Notes under the pieces: generated by a model | What the model was told of the DNA's origin: nothing | Database searches by the model: none | The model's input: only the letters and a program-made list of their open reading frames with translations | Made by a program: the position numbers and the translations under genes | Origin: Malacoraja senta | Lineage: Eukaryota | Reading direction: 5' to 3' | NCBI GenBank assembly: GCA_038087875.1 | Contig: CM075978.1 | Coordinates: 174,964,001-175,028,000 of the forward strand | DNA length: 64,000 bases | Part shown: positions 1 through 12,130 of the stretch, one piece after another | Position numbering within the stretch: position 1 is the stretch's first letter | Layout: each line of letters begins with the position of its first letter

Positions 1-290
1 CCTGCGTACGGTCCATACGGTGGATGGAGAACCCTTCAGGCTGGACTGCTGAGTCTGGGGAGCTGGGGAAGCGCCATGTCTCTGTGAAACAGAACACAGA
101 GCATTCCATCAGCTCCCTTTGGTAAAGCAGCCTTGCGTTTAAGTCCTCCACTTTGTTTTCTAGTGACTGTACGTTGGCCAGTAGGATGTTAGGGAGAGGG
201 GGCCGAAGTCCCCTATGCTTCAGTCTTACTTATAGCCCTGCCCGACGGCCACGTTTCCGTACTCCATGAAGCCCTCCTAGGTGTTTAAAG
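1..290 (-). mobile_element. Rex1/Babar-type LINE fragment (AP-endonuclease N-terminus)
   Basis: Minus-strand translation LPNILLANVQSLENKVEDLNARLLYQRELMECSVFCFTETW matches the start of Rex1/Babar endonuclease domains; it runs off the window edge. Confidence 0.7.
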
Positions 291-334
291 GTACAGTACT
301 TACGAGTCTCCGTGAGGTTGGAGATAGGTTGAAT

Positions 335-655
335 GCTCAGAGTCATTTACCCAAGGTTGTGAATCAAGAAGCAGAAGGCAACGTTTTATGGTGAAACGGG
401 AAGCTTTAATAGGAAACCTGAGGGGCAACTGTTTCACTCGGATGGAGGTGGGTGTATTAAGCGAGCTGTTAGAGGAGATAGTTGGAGCAGGTATAATAAC
501 AGCATTTAAATGACACTGGACAGGTATTTGGATAGAATATTGTAGAGGGATTTGGGCAAACGCGGGTAAATGTTAGCATCTTGGTTAACGTGGACCAATT
601 GGGCCGGAGGAACTTTTTTCCGTGCTCCGTGACTCTATACCACTATGACAGGCCT
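335..655 (+). mobile_element. Degenerate CR1 LINE 3' end
   Basis: Resembles the CR1 3' ends elsewhere in the window (e.g. 30590-30910). Confidence 0.6.
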
Positions 656-2126
656 GTTTTCATGCTGCGTGTCTGTGTTAACCTTCTAAAATCTCGGGAA
701 TTAACCTTGTAAACCTATGCTACACTCCCTCAATAGCAAGAATGTCCTTCCTCAAATTAGAGGACCAAAACTGCACACAATACTCCAGGTGTGGTCTCAC
801 TAGTGCTCTGCACAACTGCAGAAGGACCTCTTTGCTCCTATATCCGATTCCTCTTGTTACAAAGGCCAACATTCCATTCGCTTTCTTCACTGCCTGTTGT
901 ACCTGCATGCTTACTTTCATAGACTGATGTACAAGGACCCCCAGATCCCGTTGTACTTCTCCTTTTCCCAACTTGACGCCATTTAGATAGTAATCTGCCA
1001 TCCTGTTTTTGCTACCAAGGTGGATAACCTCACATGTATCCGCATTAAACTTCATCTGCCATGCATCTGCCCACTCACCCAACCTGTCAAAGTCACCCAG
1101 CATTCTCATAGCATCCTCCTCACAGTTCACACTGCCACCCAGCTTTGTGTCATCTGCAAATTTGCTAATGTTACTTTGTATCCCTTCATCGAAATCATTG
1201 ATGTATATTGTAAATAGCTGCCGTCCCAGCACCGAGCATTGCGGTACCCCACAAGTCACTGCCTGCCATTCTGAAATGGACCCGTTAATCCCTACTCTTT
1301 GTTTCCTGTCTGCCAACCAATTTTCTATCCATGTCAGCATTCTACCACCAATACCACGTGCCCTAAGTTTGCCCACTAATTTCCTATGTGGGATCTTATC
1401 AAATGCTTTCTGAAAGTCCAGGTACACTACATCCACTGGCTCTCCCTTGTCCATTTTCCGAGTTACATCTTCAAAAGATTCCAGAAGATTAGTCAAGCAT
1501 GATTTCCCCTTTGGAAATCCATGCTGGCTCGGACCGATCCTGTTACTTATATCCAAATGTGCAGCTATCTCATCTTTTATAATTGACTCCAGCATCTTCC
1601 CCACCACCGATGTCAGGCTAACTGGTCTATAGAACATTGGAAAAATATCATCAATGCATCCACGATTTCTAGAGCTACTTCCTTATGTACCCTAGGATGC
1701 AGACCATCAGGCCCTGGGGATTTATCAGCCTATCCAACACCATTTCCTGCCTAATGTGGATTTCCTTCAGTTCCTCTGTGACCCCAGATCCTCTGGCCAC
1801 TACTATAGCAGGAAGATTGAAGGCAGATCCAAAGTACCTGTTCAACTCATCTGCCATTTCCTTGTTCCCCATAATAAATTAACATTTTCGGCCTTCAAGT
1901 GTCCAACTTTGGTCTTAACTATTTTTTTCTTCTTCACATACCTAAATAAGCTTTTACTATCCTGCTTTATATTCTTGGCTAGCTTACCATCGTACCCCAT
2001 CTTTTCTCCCCGTATAGTCTTTTTGGTTATCTTCTGTTGTTCTTTAAACATTACCCAATCCTCTTGCTTCCCGCTCATCTTTGCTACGTTGTACTTCTTC
2101 GCTTTAATTTTTATACTGTCCCTGAC

Positions 2127-3112
2127 ATAGAAACATAGAAACATAGAAAATAGGTGCAGGAGTAGGACATACGGCCCTTCGAGCCTGCACCGCCATTCAA
2201 TATGATCATGGCTGATCATCCAACTCAGTATCCCGTACCTGCCTTCTCTCCATACCCCCGATCCCTTTAGCCACAAGGGCCACATCTAACTCCCTCTTAA
2301 ATATAGCAAATGAACTGGCCTCATCTACCTTCTGTGGCAGAGAGTTTCAGAGATTCACCACTCTCTGTGTGAAAAAAGTTGTTCTCAACTCGGTCCTAAA
2401 GGATTTCCCCTCTATCCTTAAGCTGTGACCCCTTGTCCTGGACTTCCCCAACATCGGGAACAATCTTCCTGCTTCTAACCTGTCCAACCCCTTAAGAATT
2501 GTGTAAGTTTCTATAAGATCCCCCATCAATCTCCTAAATTCTAGCGAATACAAGCCGAGTCTATCCTGTCTTTCTTCATATGAAAGTCCTGACATCCCAG
2601 GAATCAGTCTGGTGAACCTTCTCTGCACTCCCTCTATGGCAATAATGTCCTTCCTCAGATATGTAGACCAAAACTGTACGCAATACTCCAGGTGTGGTCT
2701 CACCAAGACCCTGTACAACTGCAGTAGAATCTCCCTGCTCCTATAATCAAATCCTTTTGCTATGAATGCTAACAATTCCATTCGCCTTCTTCACTGCCTG
2801 CTGCACCTGCATGCCTACTTTCAATGACTGGTGTACCATGACACCCAGGTCTCGTTGCATCTCCCCTTTTCCTAATCGGCCACCATTTAGATAATAGTCT
2901 GCTTTCCTGTTTTGGCCACCATAGTGGATTACCTCACATTTATCCACATTATACTGCATCTGCCATGCATTTGCCCACTCACCCAGCCTATCCAAGTCAC
3001 CTTGCAGCCTCCTAGCATCCTCCTCACAGCGAACACTGCCCCCAGCTTAGTGTCATCCGCAAACTTGGAGATGTTGCATTCAATTCCCTCGCCCAAATCA
3101 TTAATATATATT
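2127..3112 (-). mobile_element. Second CR1 3' fragment nested in the first CR1
   Basis: RT C-terminus (RPHLEYCVQFWS) and a (CATAGAAA)n tail at 2126-2150; the host CR1 sequence resumes at about 3113. Confidence 0.85.
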
Positions 3113-4557
3113 GTCCCTTGTCAGCCATGGTCGTCCTTTTCTCCCCTTGGAATGTTTCTTCCTCCTAGGAATGAACTGATTCTGCACCTTCTGTATTATT
3201 CCTAAAAACACCTGCCATTTTTGTTCCACTGTCATCCCTGCTAGTGTATCTTTCCAGTCAACTTTGGCCAGCACCTCCCTCATGGCCTCATAGTCCCCTT
3301 TATTCAACTGCAACACTGACACCTCGGATTTACTCTTCTCCCTCTCCAATTGTAGTATAAACCTGACCATGTTATGGTCACTGCCTCCTAATGGCTCATT
3401 AACCTCGAGGTCCTTTATCAAATCCGGTTCATTACATAACACTAAATCCAGAATTGCCTTCTCCCTGGTAGGCGCCAATACAAGCTATTCAAAGAATCCA
3501 TCACGAAGGCACTCTACAAAGTACCTTTCTTGGGATCCAGTACCAACCTGATTTTCCCAGTCGACTTGCATGTTGAAATCTCCCATAACAACCACAGCAT
3601 TACTTTTACTGCATGCCAATTGTAACTCCTGTTTCAACTTGCGCCCTATGTCCAGGCTACTGTTTGGGGGCATGTATATTAGTCCCATTAGGATCTTTTT
3701 ACCCTTACAATTCCTTAGTTCTATCCATACTGACTCCACATCTCCTGTTTCAATGTCACCCCTTGCAAGGGAGTGAATTTCATTCCTCACCAACAGGGCA
3801 ACCCCACCCCATCTGCCCACCTGTCTGTCTTTTCGATAGGAGGTATACCCTTGAATATTCAGTTCCCAGCCCTAGCCCCTTGCAGCCATGTCTCAGTAAT
3901 TCCCACAACATCATACTTGCCAGTTTCTAACTGAGCCTCAAGCTCGTCCGCTTTATTCCTTAAACTTCGGGCATCCATATACAGCACTTTGACCTCCGTA
4001 TTCCCTTCCCCCCTCGCAATTGGCCCTGACCTTACTCTGTTGTCCATTTTTCCTGTAGCCACTTCCCCTTCAACTCCATCTTTATACTCCCAATTTGTCA
4101 ATCCCTCCCCCCCCCCACTATACAATTTAAACCCACACGTGTAGCCCTAGCAAACCTGCCTGCCAGAATGTCGGTCCCCCTCCAGTTAAGGTGTAATCCG
4201 TCCCTTTTGTACAGGTCACCCCTACCCCAGAAGAGATCCTAGTGGTCTATAAATCTAAATCCTTGCTCCCTGCACCAGCCACTCAGCCACACATTCAGAT
4301 CCCCTATTTCCCTGTTCCTGGCCTCACTAGCACGAGGTACTGGTAGCCATCCAGAGATAACCACCCTAGAAGTCCGGCATTTCAGTCTTCTTCCCAACTC
4401 TCTGAAGTCATGTTGGAGAACCTCCTTCCTCTTCTTCCCGATGTCGTTTGTGCCTACGTGCACAACTACTGCCGGCTGTTCACCTTCTCTCAGGAGGATG
4501 TTCAGAATTCGGCTCGTGACATCCTGAACCCTGGCACCAGGGAGGCAACAGACCATC

Positions 4558-4577
4558 CTAATAATAATAATAACAAC

Positions 4578-4623
<46 letters not shown>

Positions 4624-4862
4624 TATTTTATTGTCATATCACATAGGTGCAACGAGATTTGGTATGCAGCTTCCATCCGATGTCATAACTTAAACAACTA
4701 ATACAATTTAGATAACATTTAGATTCCCCGAGAAACATGATTTATAATGCCTAAAGTGCAAATAGGTATGTGCCGGGTCGATGTGCGACGAGACCATCCG
4801 ATGGAGACATTTCGTGGGGGTGGGGGGCACTCATCAGGGCAGGTTCAGAGCAGTTATAGCAA
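4558..4862 (-). mobile_element. Rex1-type 3' tail insertion with (AAT)n microsatellite inside CR1 ORF1
   Basis: (AAT)n at about 4559-4622 next to a minus-strand ATGACAATAAA tail motif; it splits the ORF1 segment FCGGRQ / RMVCCLPGARV. Confidence 0.6.
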
Positions 4863-5651
4863 TGGGGCAGACTTGTCTGCCGCCACAGAATCTCCTGTCC
4901 ACTCCTCGGACAATGGAGTCACCCACCACTAGGGCTCTGCCCGAAGTCGGTCTCGCCGGTCGAGTCCCATCTCCAGGATTGGAGCCACCGATGTGTCCGC
5001 CGCTCGGACTGGAAACATCGTCTCCCCGGACAGTTCCCATGAGGGCGTACCTGTTTTCATTAGGCACAGCCACCTGAGTCTTCTGCACTCCACGATTTCC
5101 ACCCTTTCTCTCTGTCACACAGCTTGCTTCTTCCCGTAACCTCGGCGTGACTACTTCACTGTGGGTCCTGGCAAGGAAACTTTTGTTTTCCCGGATGGCC
5201 CTGAGGTCATCCAGCTGCTTCTCGAGTGCCCCAACACGGTCCTTTAGGAGCTGAAGCTGGACGCACTTGCACAGTTGTAGCAGCCAGAGGCTCCATCCGT
5301 GTCCCTGGGCTCCCACATTCTGCAAGCCTCACACTGTCTCATCTGCCCCAACATGTGTTCACCGCGTTCCATCCTCTCGAGCTTTCTGCTTAGCCTCCTC
5401 TTCTCATCCTCCTCACCGAAGACTCTCGAGCCAAAGACTCACACTTTACTCACAAAGCACTTTCGAGCCAAAGACTCACACTTTTCTCACAAGGCACTCT
5501 CGAGCCAAAGACTCACACTTTACACACAAGGCCGCTCCTTCACTGCCGCTCCCTAAGGGCCGTCTTGCCTATATTGACTGATAAATTGCCTAATTTACCA
5601 AATTTACCAATTTACAAACCAAATTCCTCAGTTTTAAACTGCGTTCCCCAT

Positions 5652-6078
5652 CTGACTCACTTCTAACTCTCCTCCCACTCGGGCTAGAGCCAATCAGTGC
5701 TTTTTCCTGCTTCTCTTTGTTGCTGTTTCTTCAAAATCCACGGGAGATCTGAGTTAAGTCTGTCTGTGCTTTGCCTCTCCTTTTCAACTGTTTCCCCCCT
5801 CTGACACTTCTAACTCTCCTCCCACGGGCTAGCGCCAATCAGTACTTTTTCCTGCTTCTCTTTGTTGCTGTTTCTTCAAAATCCACGGGAGCTCTGGGTT
5901 AAGTCTGTCTGTGCTGTGCCTCTCCTTTTCAACTGTTTCCCCCCTCTGACACTTCTAACTCTCCTGCCACTCGGGCTAGAGCCAATCAGTGCTTTTTCCT
6001 GCTTCTATTTGTTGCTGTTTCTTCAAAATCCACGGGAGCTCTGAGTTAAGTCTGCCTGTGATTTTGCCTCTCCTTCAT
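5652..6078. repeat. Tandem repeat, about 144-150 bp unit x about 3
   Basis: CTGACACTTCTAACTCTCC-like starts recur at about 5652, 5802 and 5946 with near-identical bodies. Confidence 0.85.
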
Positions 6079-6096
6079 CTGTCGTGACATCTTACT

Positions 6097-6254
6097 GGGG
6101 TGGGAGATTGCAACCTTCACGTGGTCCGTCCTATTTTGACGAATACAATCAACCTGTAAGATTAAATAGAACAAGTTGTCCTACAACTTTAGGCTGTGCA
6201 CGCCATACACAAGAAGAAGAAGAAGAAGAAGAAGAAGAAGAAGAAGAAGAAGAC
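6097..6254 (+). mobile_element. Short (GAA)n-tailed retroposon (SINE-like)
   Basis: 12-bp TSD TGACATCTTACT (6085-6096 / 6255-6266); the same element occurs in reverse at 46195 and 49485. Confidence 0.8.
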
Positions 6255-6809
6255 TGACATCTTACTCACCACGTATTTTTCAAGCAACGCTAAACCTGGT
6301 CGCCTTGCGGAATCCATTGATTAAACCTGATAAGGGATAATTTCATTTCCATTGGTGACGAGCTGCCACATTGAGAAGAGTCTGTTTATTCCGATTCTTC
6401 CCTTTCGAATCAGTAACCAAGGCACAATTCACTCGTCTCTGTTGATCCCTATATTATATGTGCTCTTTTCGCCGAGCTCCGATTTTGAAAAACCTTTGGA
6501 AGATTGAAAGTCTGCGGAAATCCCCAAGTAAGCAGCAGCCACTTGCAGACACACCACGATGTACACTACAAGAATTACAAGGCAACACATGTTTGCTATG
6601 ACACTTGATCTAACCTTCCCTCTCTTTCACTCGCTGCTCGAAACGCCAGTTTAAAATTTGCTATTCAGAACTATCCAGGAATAATTACTGAATCTATAGA
6701 ACCTCGGAGGATAATGTCCAATATATATATTTTAAAACTCTACAAATGTGTGAATATAAATGACCAGCTGATTGGAATTCATCAATCCTTGGGCGCATAA
6801 ACCACTTCA

Positions 6810-7118
6810 ATGGTGGTAATTGGTCGAGATGCTGCCTCACATTGCCGGAGATTCGCGTTTGATCCGAACCTCGTTCGGTGCTGTCTGTGTGGAATTTGCA
6901 AGTTCTCCTTGTAACCACATAGTTTTTCTACGTGTGCTCTGATTTCTTCCTACATCCCAAAGACTTGCTGGTTTGTTGGCTGCTGTAAATTGCCCTTAAC
7001 ATGCAGGTAGTGAGTGGGAAAGTGGGATAACATGGAACTGGTGTCAAAGGGTGATCGATGGTTGTCGTGGATTCGATGCTTCGATGGGACTGTTTCTATA
7101 TTATCTAAATTCTAAACT
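6810..7118 (+). mobile_element. Degenerate HE1/V-SINE
   Basis: tRNA-like head and V-domain core (GTCTGTGTGGAATTTGCAAGTTCTCC...CATCCCAAAGAC). Confidence 0.65.
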
Positions 7119-7239
7119 CTTTAGTAACATTTAGGTTTTGAAAGTATTTATTTTTGTCTATCATCTGCGCCCGTCCTTTATTCAACGGCATATCCATAAA
7201 CTTTATTTGTCCTTTTCCCAATGCAGAGATAATGTACAG

Positions 7240-10200
7240 CTATTACATCGGACATTCCACCAGTTGAACAACCAGAGCACAAGATGGACATTAGTCCTCC
7301 GAAGTGGAGGGAGGTGGAATTGCCTAAAGCGGGCAAGAGCATCTTCAGCTCCAGGGCCAAATGGGGTTCCATATCGACTCTACAAGGGTGCTCGTGATGT
7401 TGTTCGCTTCCTGTGGAGGCTAATGAGAGTGGCTTGGGAGAAGAGAGTTATACCCAAAGCATGGCGCAGGGCAGGAGGAATCCTAATTTCTGAAAGAGAA
7501 GGAATCCACATATATCAGCCAATTCCGCCCTAACAGTCTCCTCAATGTAGAGGGTAAGATTTCCTTCAGAATCATAGCTCAGAGGATGACCAGCTATTTA
7601 GAGAGAAACAACCTTGTGGATACAACAATCCAAAAAGCAGGCATTCCAGGGTTCTCTGGATGTCTCGAACATACCAGCATGATTTGGCACCAAATCCAGA
7701 CTGCAAGAAAAGAGAAGAGAGACCTGCATGTCCTTGACCTTGCCAACGCGTTTGGAATTGTCCCTCACAGTTTCCTCTGGGCATCCTTTGACTTCTTCAG
7801 GATACCAGAGACTATCGTGTTAAAGAAGGAACTGCAGATGCTGGAACATCGAAGGTACACAAAAATGCTGGAGAAACTCAGCGGGTGCAGCAGCATCTAT
7901 GGAGCGAAGGAAATAGGCAACGTTTCGGGCCGAAACCCTTCTTCAGACTGATAGGGGGTGGGGAGAAGAAAGGAAAAAAGGCGGAGGAGGAGCCCGAGGG
8001 CTGGGGGAGGGGAGGAGACAACCAGAGGGCTGATGAAGGGGAGGGGGCAGCAAAGGCTAGCAGAATTGGGAGAATTCAATGTTCAAGCCCCGAGGATGTA
8101 GACTGCCCAAGCGGAATATGAGGTGCATTTCCTCCAATTTCCGGTGTTGCTCGCTGTGGCCATGGAGGAGACCCAGGACAGAGAGGTCAGATACGGAATG
8201 GGAGGGGGAGTGGAAGTGCTGAGCCACCGGGAGGTCAGGTTGGTTATTGCGGACCGACCGGAGGTGTTCGGCGAAACGATCGCCAAGCCTCCGCTTGGTC
8301 TCACCGATGTAGATCAGCAGGCATCTAGAGCAGCGGATGCAATAGATGATGTTGGAGGAGATGCAGGTGAACCTCTGTCGCACCTGGAACGACTGCTTAG
8401 GTCCTTGAATGGAGTCGAGGGGGGAGGTGAAGGGACAAGTGTTGCATCTCTTGCGGTTGCAAGGGAAAGTACCCGGGGAGGGGGTGGTATGGGAGGGAAG
8501 GGAAGAATTGACAAGGGAGTTACGGGGGGAGCGGTCTTTGAGGAAGGCAGATATGGGGGGAGATGGGAAGATGTGGCGAGTGGTGGGGTCACGTTGGAGG
8601 TGGCGAAACTGACGGAGGATCACTTGTTGTATGTGACGGCTGGTGGGGTGAAAGGTGAGGACTAGGGGGACTCTGCCCTTGTTGTGGGTGGGGGGATGGG
8701 GAGAGAGAGCAGTGTTGCGGGGTATGGCAGAGGGGTATGGTGCGAGCCTCATCTATGGTGGAGGAGGGGAACCCCCGTTCCCTGAAGAATGAGGACATTT
8801 CGGATGCCCTGGTGTGGAACGCCTCATCCAGGGAGCAGATGCAGCGTAAACGGAGGAATTGGGAGTGGGGGGTGGAGTCCTTACAGGAAGGAGGGTGGGA
8901 AGAAGTGTAGTCCAGATAGTCCAGGTCGGTCCGCAATAACCAACCTGACCTCCCGGTGACTCAGCACTTCAACTCCCCCTCCCATTCCGTATCTGACCTC
9001 TCTGTCCTGGGTCTCCTCCATGGCCACAGCGAGCAACACCGGAAATTGGAGGAAATGCACCTCATATTCCGCTTGAGCAGTCTACATCCTGAGGGCTTGA
9101 ACATTGAATTCTCCCAATTCAGCTAGCCTTTGCTTTCCCCTCCCCTTCATCAGCCCTCAGGCTCCTCCTCCGCCTTTTTTCCTTTTTCTCCCCACCCCCT
9201 ATCAGTCTGAAGTAGGGTTTCGGCCCGAAACGTTGCCTATTTCCTTCGCTCCATAGATGCTGCTGCACCCGCTGAGTTTCTCCAGCATTTCTGTGTACCA
9301 GAGACTATCGCAAGCCTTGTCCAGGTTTATTTTCAAGATCTGCAGCTCTGTTTCACCACGCCTGAGTTCACGACCACATGGCACTGCATGGAGATTGGCA
9401 TTATGGCGGGGTGTACCATCTCCCCATTGATTTTTACAATGGCTATGGAAGTCATCATAAGGGCCTCCAAGTGGGCAGTGGGTGGCGAGCGGCTGAAGTC
9501 TGGACTCCGTCTACCACCCATCAGGGCCTACATGGATGACATGACAATCATAACAACAACAGCACCTTGCACCAGGCGTCTTTTAGGGAAGCTTCAAGAG
9601 AACATCACTGGGGCCAGAATGAAATTCAAGCCATCCAAATCAAGAAGCATTTCTATAATCAAAGGCAAACTGACATATCAAAGGTTCTTCATTGATCAAG
9701 AACCTATTCCAACTGTCAGAGGCGCCAATCAAAAGTCTGGGAAGATGGTATAACTCTAAACTGAAGGACACTGATCAGGCTAACGAGTTTAGGCAAGAAG
9801 TCATCAAAGGTTTGGCGAACATCGACCGATCCATGCTGCCTGGAAAGCTGAAAATCTGGTGCCTGCAGTTTGGGTTACTACCTCGCCTTGTGTGGCCACT
9901 AACCATGTATGCCATCACCCTCACAAGAGTCGAGAAGATAGAAAGAACAATCAGCTCTTTCGTGAGAAAGTGGTTAGGTGTTCCTCGGTGCCTGAGCAGC
10001 ATAGGCCTGTACGGTCAGTGGGTACTCCAGCTGCCTCTCTCTAGTCTCACAGAGTAGTTCAAGTGCACTAAAGTCAGACTAGAGATGACCCTGGCAGAAT
10101 CAAGGGACACTGTCATCCGAGCTGCTGCTCCAACCCTGGCAACAGGAATGAAGTGGACGGCTAAGAATGCGACACAGCAGGCAAAATCTGTTCTCCACCA

Positions 10201-11440
10201 AGGCGACATGGTAGGGCAAATCCAACACGGAAGAAGTTGCTAGGGGCTTGGCGGATAGCGACCTTGTTGGAAGAAGGCATCATCACAGGAGCGTCGGAAG
10301 CTGGTCGCGGCCAAAGTCCGCCGACAAGAGGAGTTAAGTAGGTGTGCCAAGGCTGTGTCGCAAGCTAAACAGGGCCAGTGGATGAGATGGGAGAGTGTGG
10401 AAAATAAGAAGATCAGCTGGAAGGACACGTGGGAGATGGAGGCGAGCAGGATAAGTTTCCTCATTCGGGCAACCTATGATGTCCTTCCTAGCCCAAAAAA
10501 TCTCAGCCAATGGCTGGGCGAAGATCCATCATGCCCCCTGTGTGCAACACCAGCCACACTTAGGCACATCCTCACTTGGTGTAAAGTAAGCCTCTCCCAA
10601 GGACGGTACACCTGGAGACATAATCAAGTGCTCAAATGCCTGGCAGCGACTGGAACGCAGAAGAACAGCTAACAATGCCCTGCCGCCCAGAACAACCAAC
10701 CCAGTTAAGACAATTGCCTTTGTTCAGGGGGGGAACAAAGGCAATGGAAAATTCCACCAAGGACCAGGTTTGGACAGCTGGAGGCAGCCCGGGATTGGCA
10801 GATGCTGGTGGATGTGGACCAACGGCTTACAGTTCCATCAGAGATAGCCATCACCAACTTGAGGCCTGATCTTGTGCTCTGGTCGAACTCTCAACGCATG
10901 GTGTATTTTGTGGAGCTCACAGTCCCTTCGGAGGATGCTGTGCAGGAAGCCTTCGAAAGAAAGAAACTGCGATATACAGAGCTTGCAGCGGAGGCAGAAC
11001 AGCGGGGCTGGAGAGCTAAGATCTGCCCGGTAGAAGTTGGATGTCGAGGATGCGTGGCAACATCTACCTTAAGACTGATGAAGGACCTGGTGATCAGCGG
11101 ACAAGCCCTACGCCAGGCCATCAAAGAAACATCACGGGTGGCAGAGCGGAGTAGCCAGTGGCTCTGGCTGAAGAGGAAAGACCCCATTTGGTTTCCCAAT
11201 TAACCGACTAGACAGATGCAGAGGGGGGTGGTTCTGGGACGCCAGAATGCATCACTGAGCCTACTGGAGACGTCGTGGGTTCAATCAGCGAAACGTCGAT
11301 GAAAGTAGGTGCCCACTTGACAACCCCAATGACGTGTCTGCCTAGCCTTTCTCAACATCGGAGGAGCATAGGTGAGTGCAGAAGGCTCCCATCACCATCG
11401 GGAGTAAATTGATATTTGGCACTTTGGACTTTTAACATCT
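7240..11440 (+). mobile_element. HERO-like non-LTR retrotransposon (RT + CCHC finger + restriction-like endonuclease), 5'-truncated and frameshifted
   Basis: RARASSAPGPNGVPY, QKAGIPGFSGCLEHT, DLANAFG, YMDD, CPLCATPATLRHILTWC...GRYTWRHNQVL, RPDLVLWS...VELTVP..E...KKLRY. Clade assignment is from recalled motifs and the ends are approximate. Confidence 0.8.
7818..9295 (-). mobile_element. Penelope-like element (GIY-YIG endonuclease) with inverted terminal structure, inserted into the HERO element
   Basis: ORF 8057-8752: IIYCIRCSRC..YIGET.R.L..RF.EH...HF..GLN. About 7855-8262 is the inverted copy of about 8921-9298. 15-bp TSD TACCAGAGACTATCG (7803-7817 / 9296-9310). Confidence 0.9.
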
Positions 11441-11778
11441 AGTCCTGTGTATTTGTAAACATTATTTGTTCTACACGTTGGTTTTCTTCTCCCATTCTAA
11501 CTGCTGCAGTATTTGTAACGCGCTTAGATTTGACTGGCGAGGCATTTCCTTTCGACACTTTCACGAATTCTATTTATGTATTTCTCTTTTCGTTACTTTG
11601 ATATTCTACTTTCCATTGGCCATATCATTTAAAGCATCTGTAAAAGTTAACCGGGTTGTGACATGAGCGAAGCTGCATCAAATCAAAACTTTCCATGATA
11701 CACAAAATGTGCCATTTCTCTAGATAATATCTGCAACATCTGTGTCCTCCGTGACATTGACTGCGCTTTCCAGCGCTA

Positions 11779-11800
11779 TGACGTCAAAGTGAAACGGAAC
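11779..11800 (+). promoter_or_regulatory. Candidate promoter module of gene A: perfect CRE abutting an ISRE/IRF-like tract
   Basis: TGACGTCA (11779-11786) followed directly by AAGTGAAACGGAAC, about 110-125 bp upstream of the ATG at 11906. Confidence 0.55.
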
Positions 11801-11905
11801 CATTCGGGCCACGCGGTATTGCTGCAAGACGGTCGCCAACAAGCTTCACTGCTTGACTCGCGGTCAGAGAGCAAACACCGTTGAATTTCATCATCTTGGC
11901 TCAGA

Positions 11906-11960
11906 ATGTTTATGTTTGCCGTGCTGCTATGTCTCTCGATCCTGCGCATGAGTTACACAG
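11906..11960 (+). CDS. Gene A exon 1: signal peptide
   Basis: MFMFAVLLCLSILRMSYT plus a phase-1 donor (CAG|gttaat); 55 nt; in phase with exon 2. Confidence 0.75.
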
Positions 11961-12130
11961 GTTAATATATTTCCCTCTATTAAACGAAAATAACAGGGAA
12001 AAGGTCAATCCGCGAAAAGTATAAGATGTACAACTCTTACTTTTCGGTCGAGCTATTTCAGCTATTTGGATTTTTATCAATCCGTTCATTGTCATTTCAC
12101 ATGTTTAACGTTTGTTTTTAATTCTGACAG

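Larger units (their letters stand above)
715..5650 (-). mobile_element. Near full-length decayed CR1 LINE (ORF1 zinc-finger/SGNH esterase, AP-endonuclease, RT), interrupted by later insertions
   Basis: ORF pieces: GRALVVGDSIVRG and VVHVGTNDIG (esterase), VLYMDARSLRNK, VGITETW, VVMGDFN, LDLVLCNE and SDHNMV (APE), YLDFQKAFD and KFADDTK (RT, ORF 720-1637). Frameshifted and 3'-truncated; the 5' UTR has short repeats at about 5426-5527. Confidence 0.9.
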
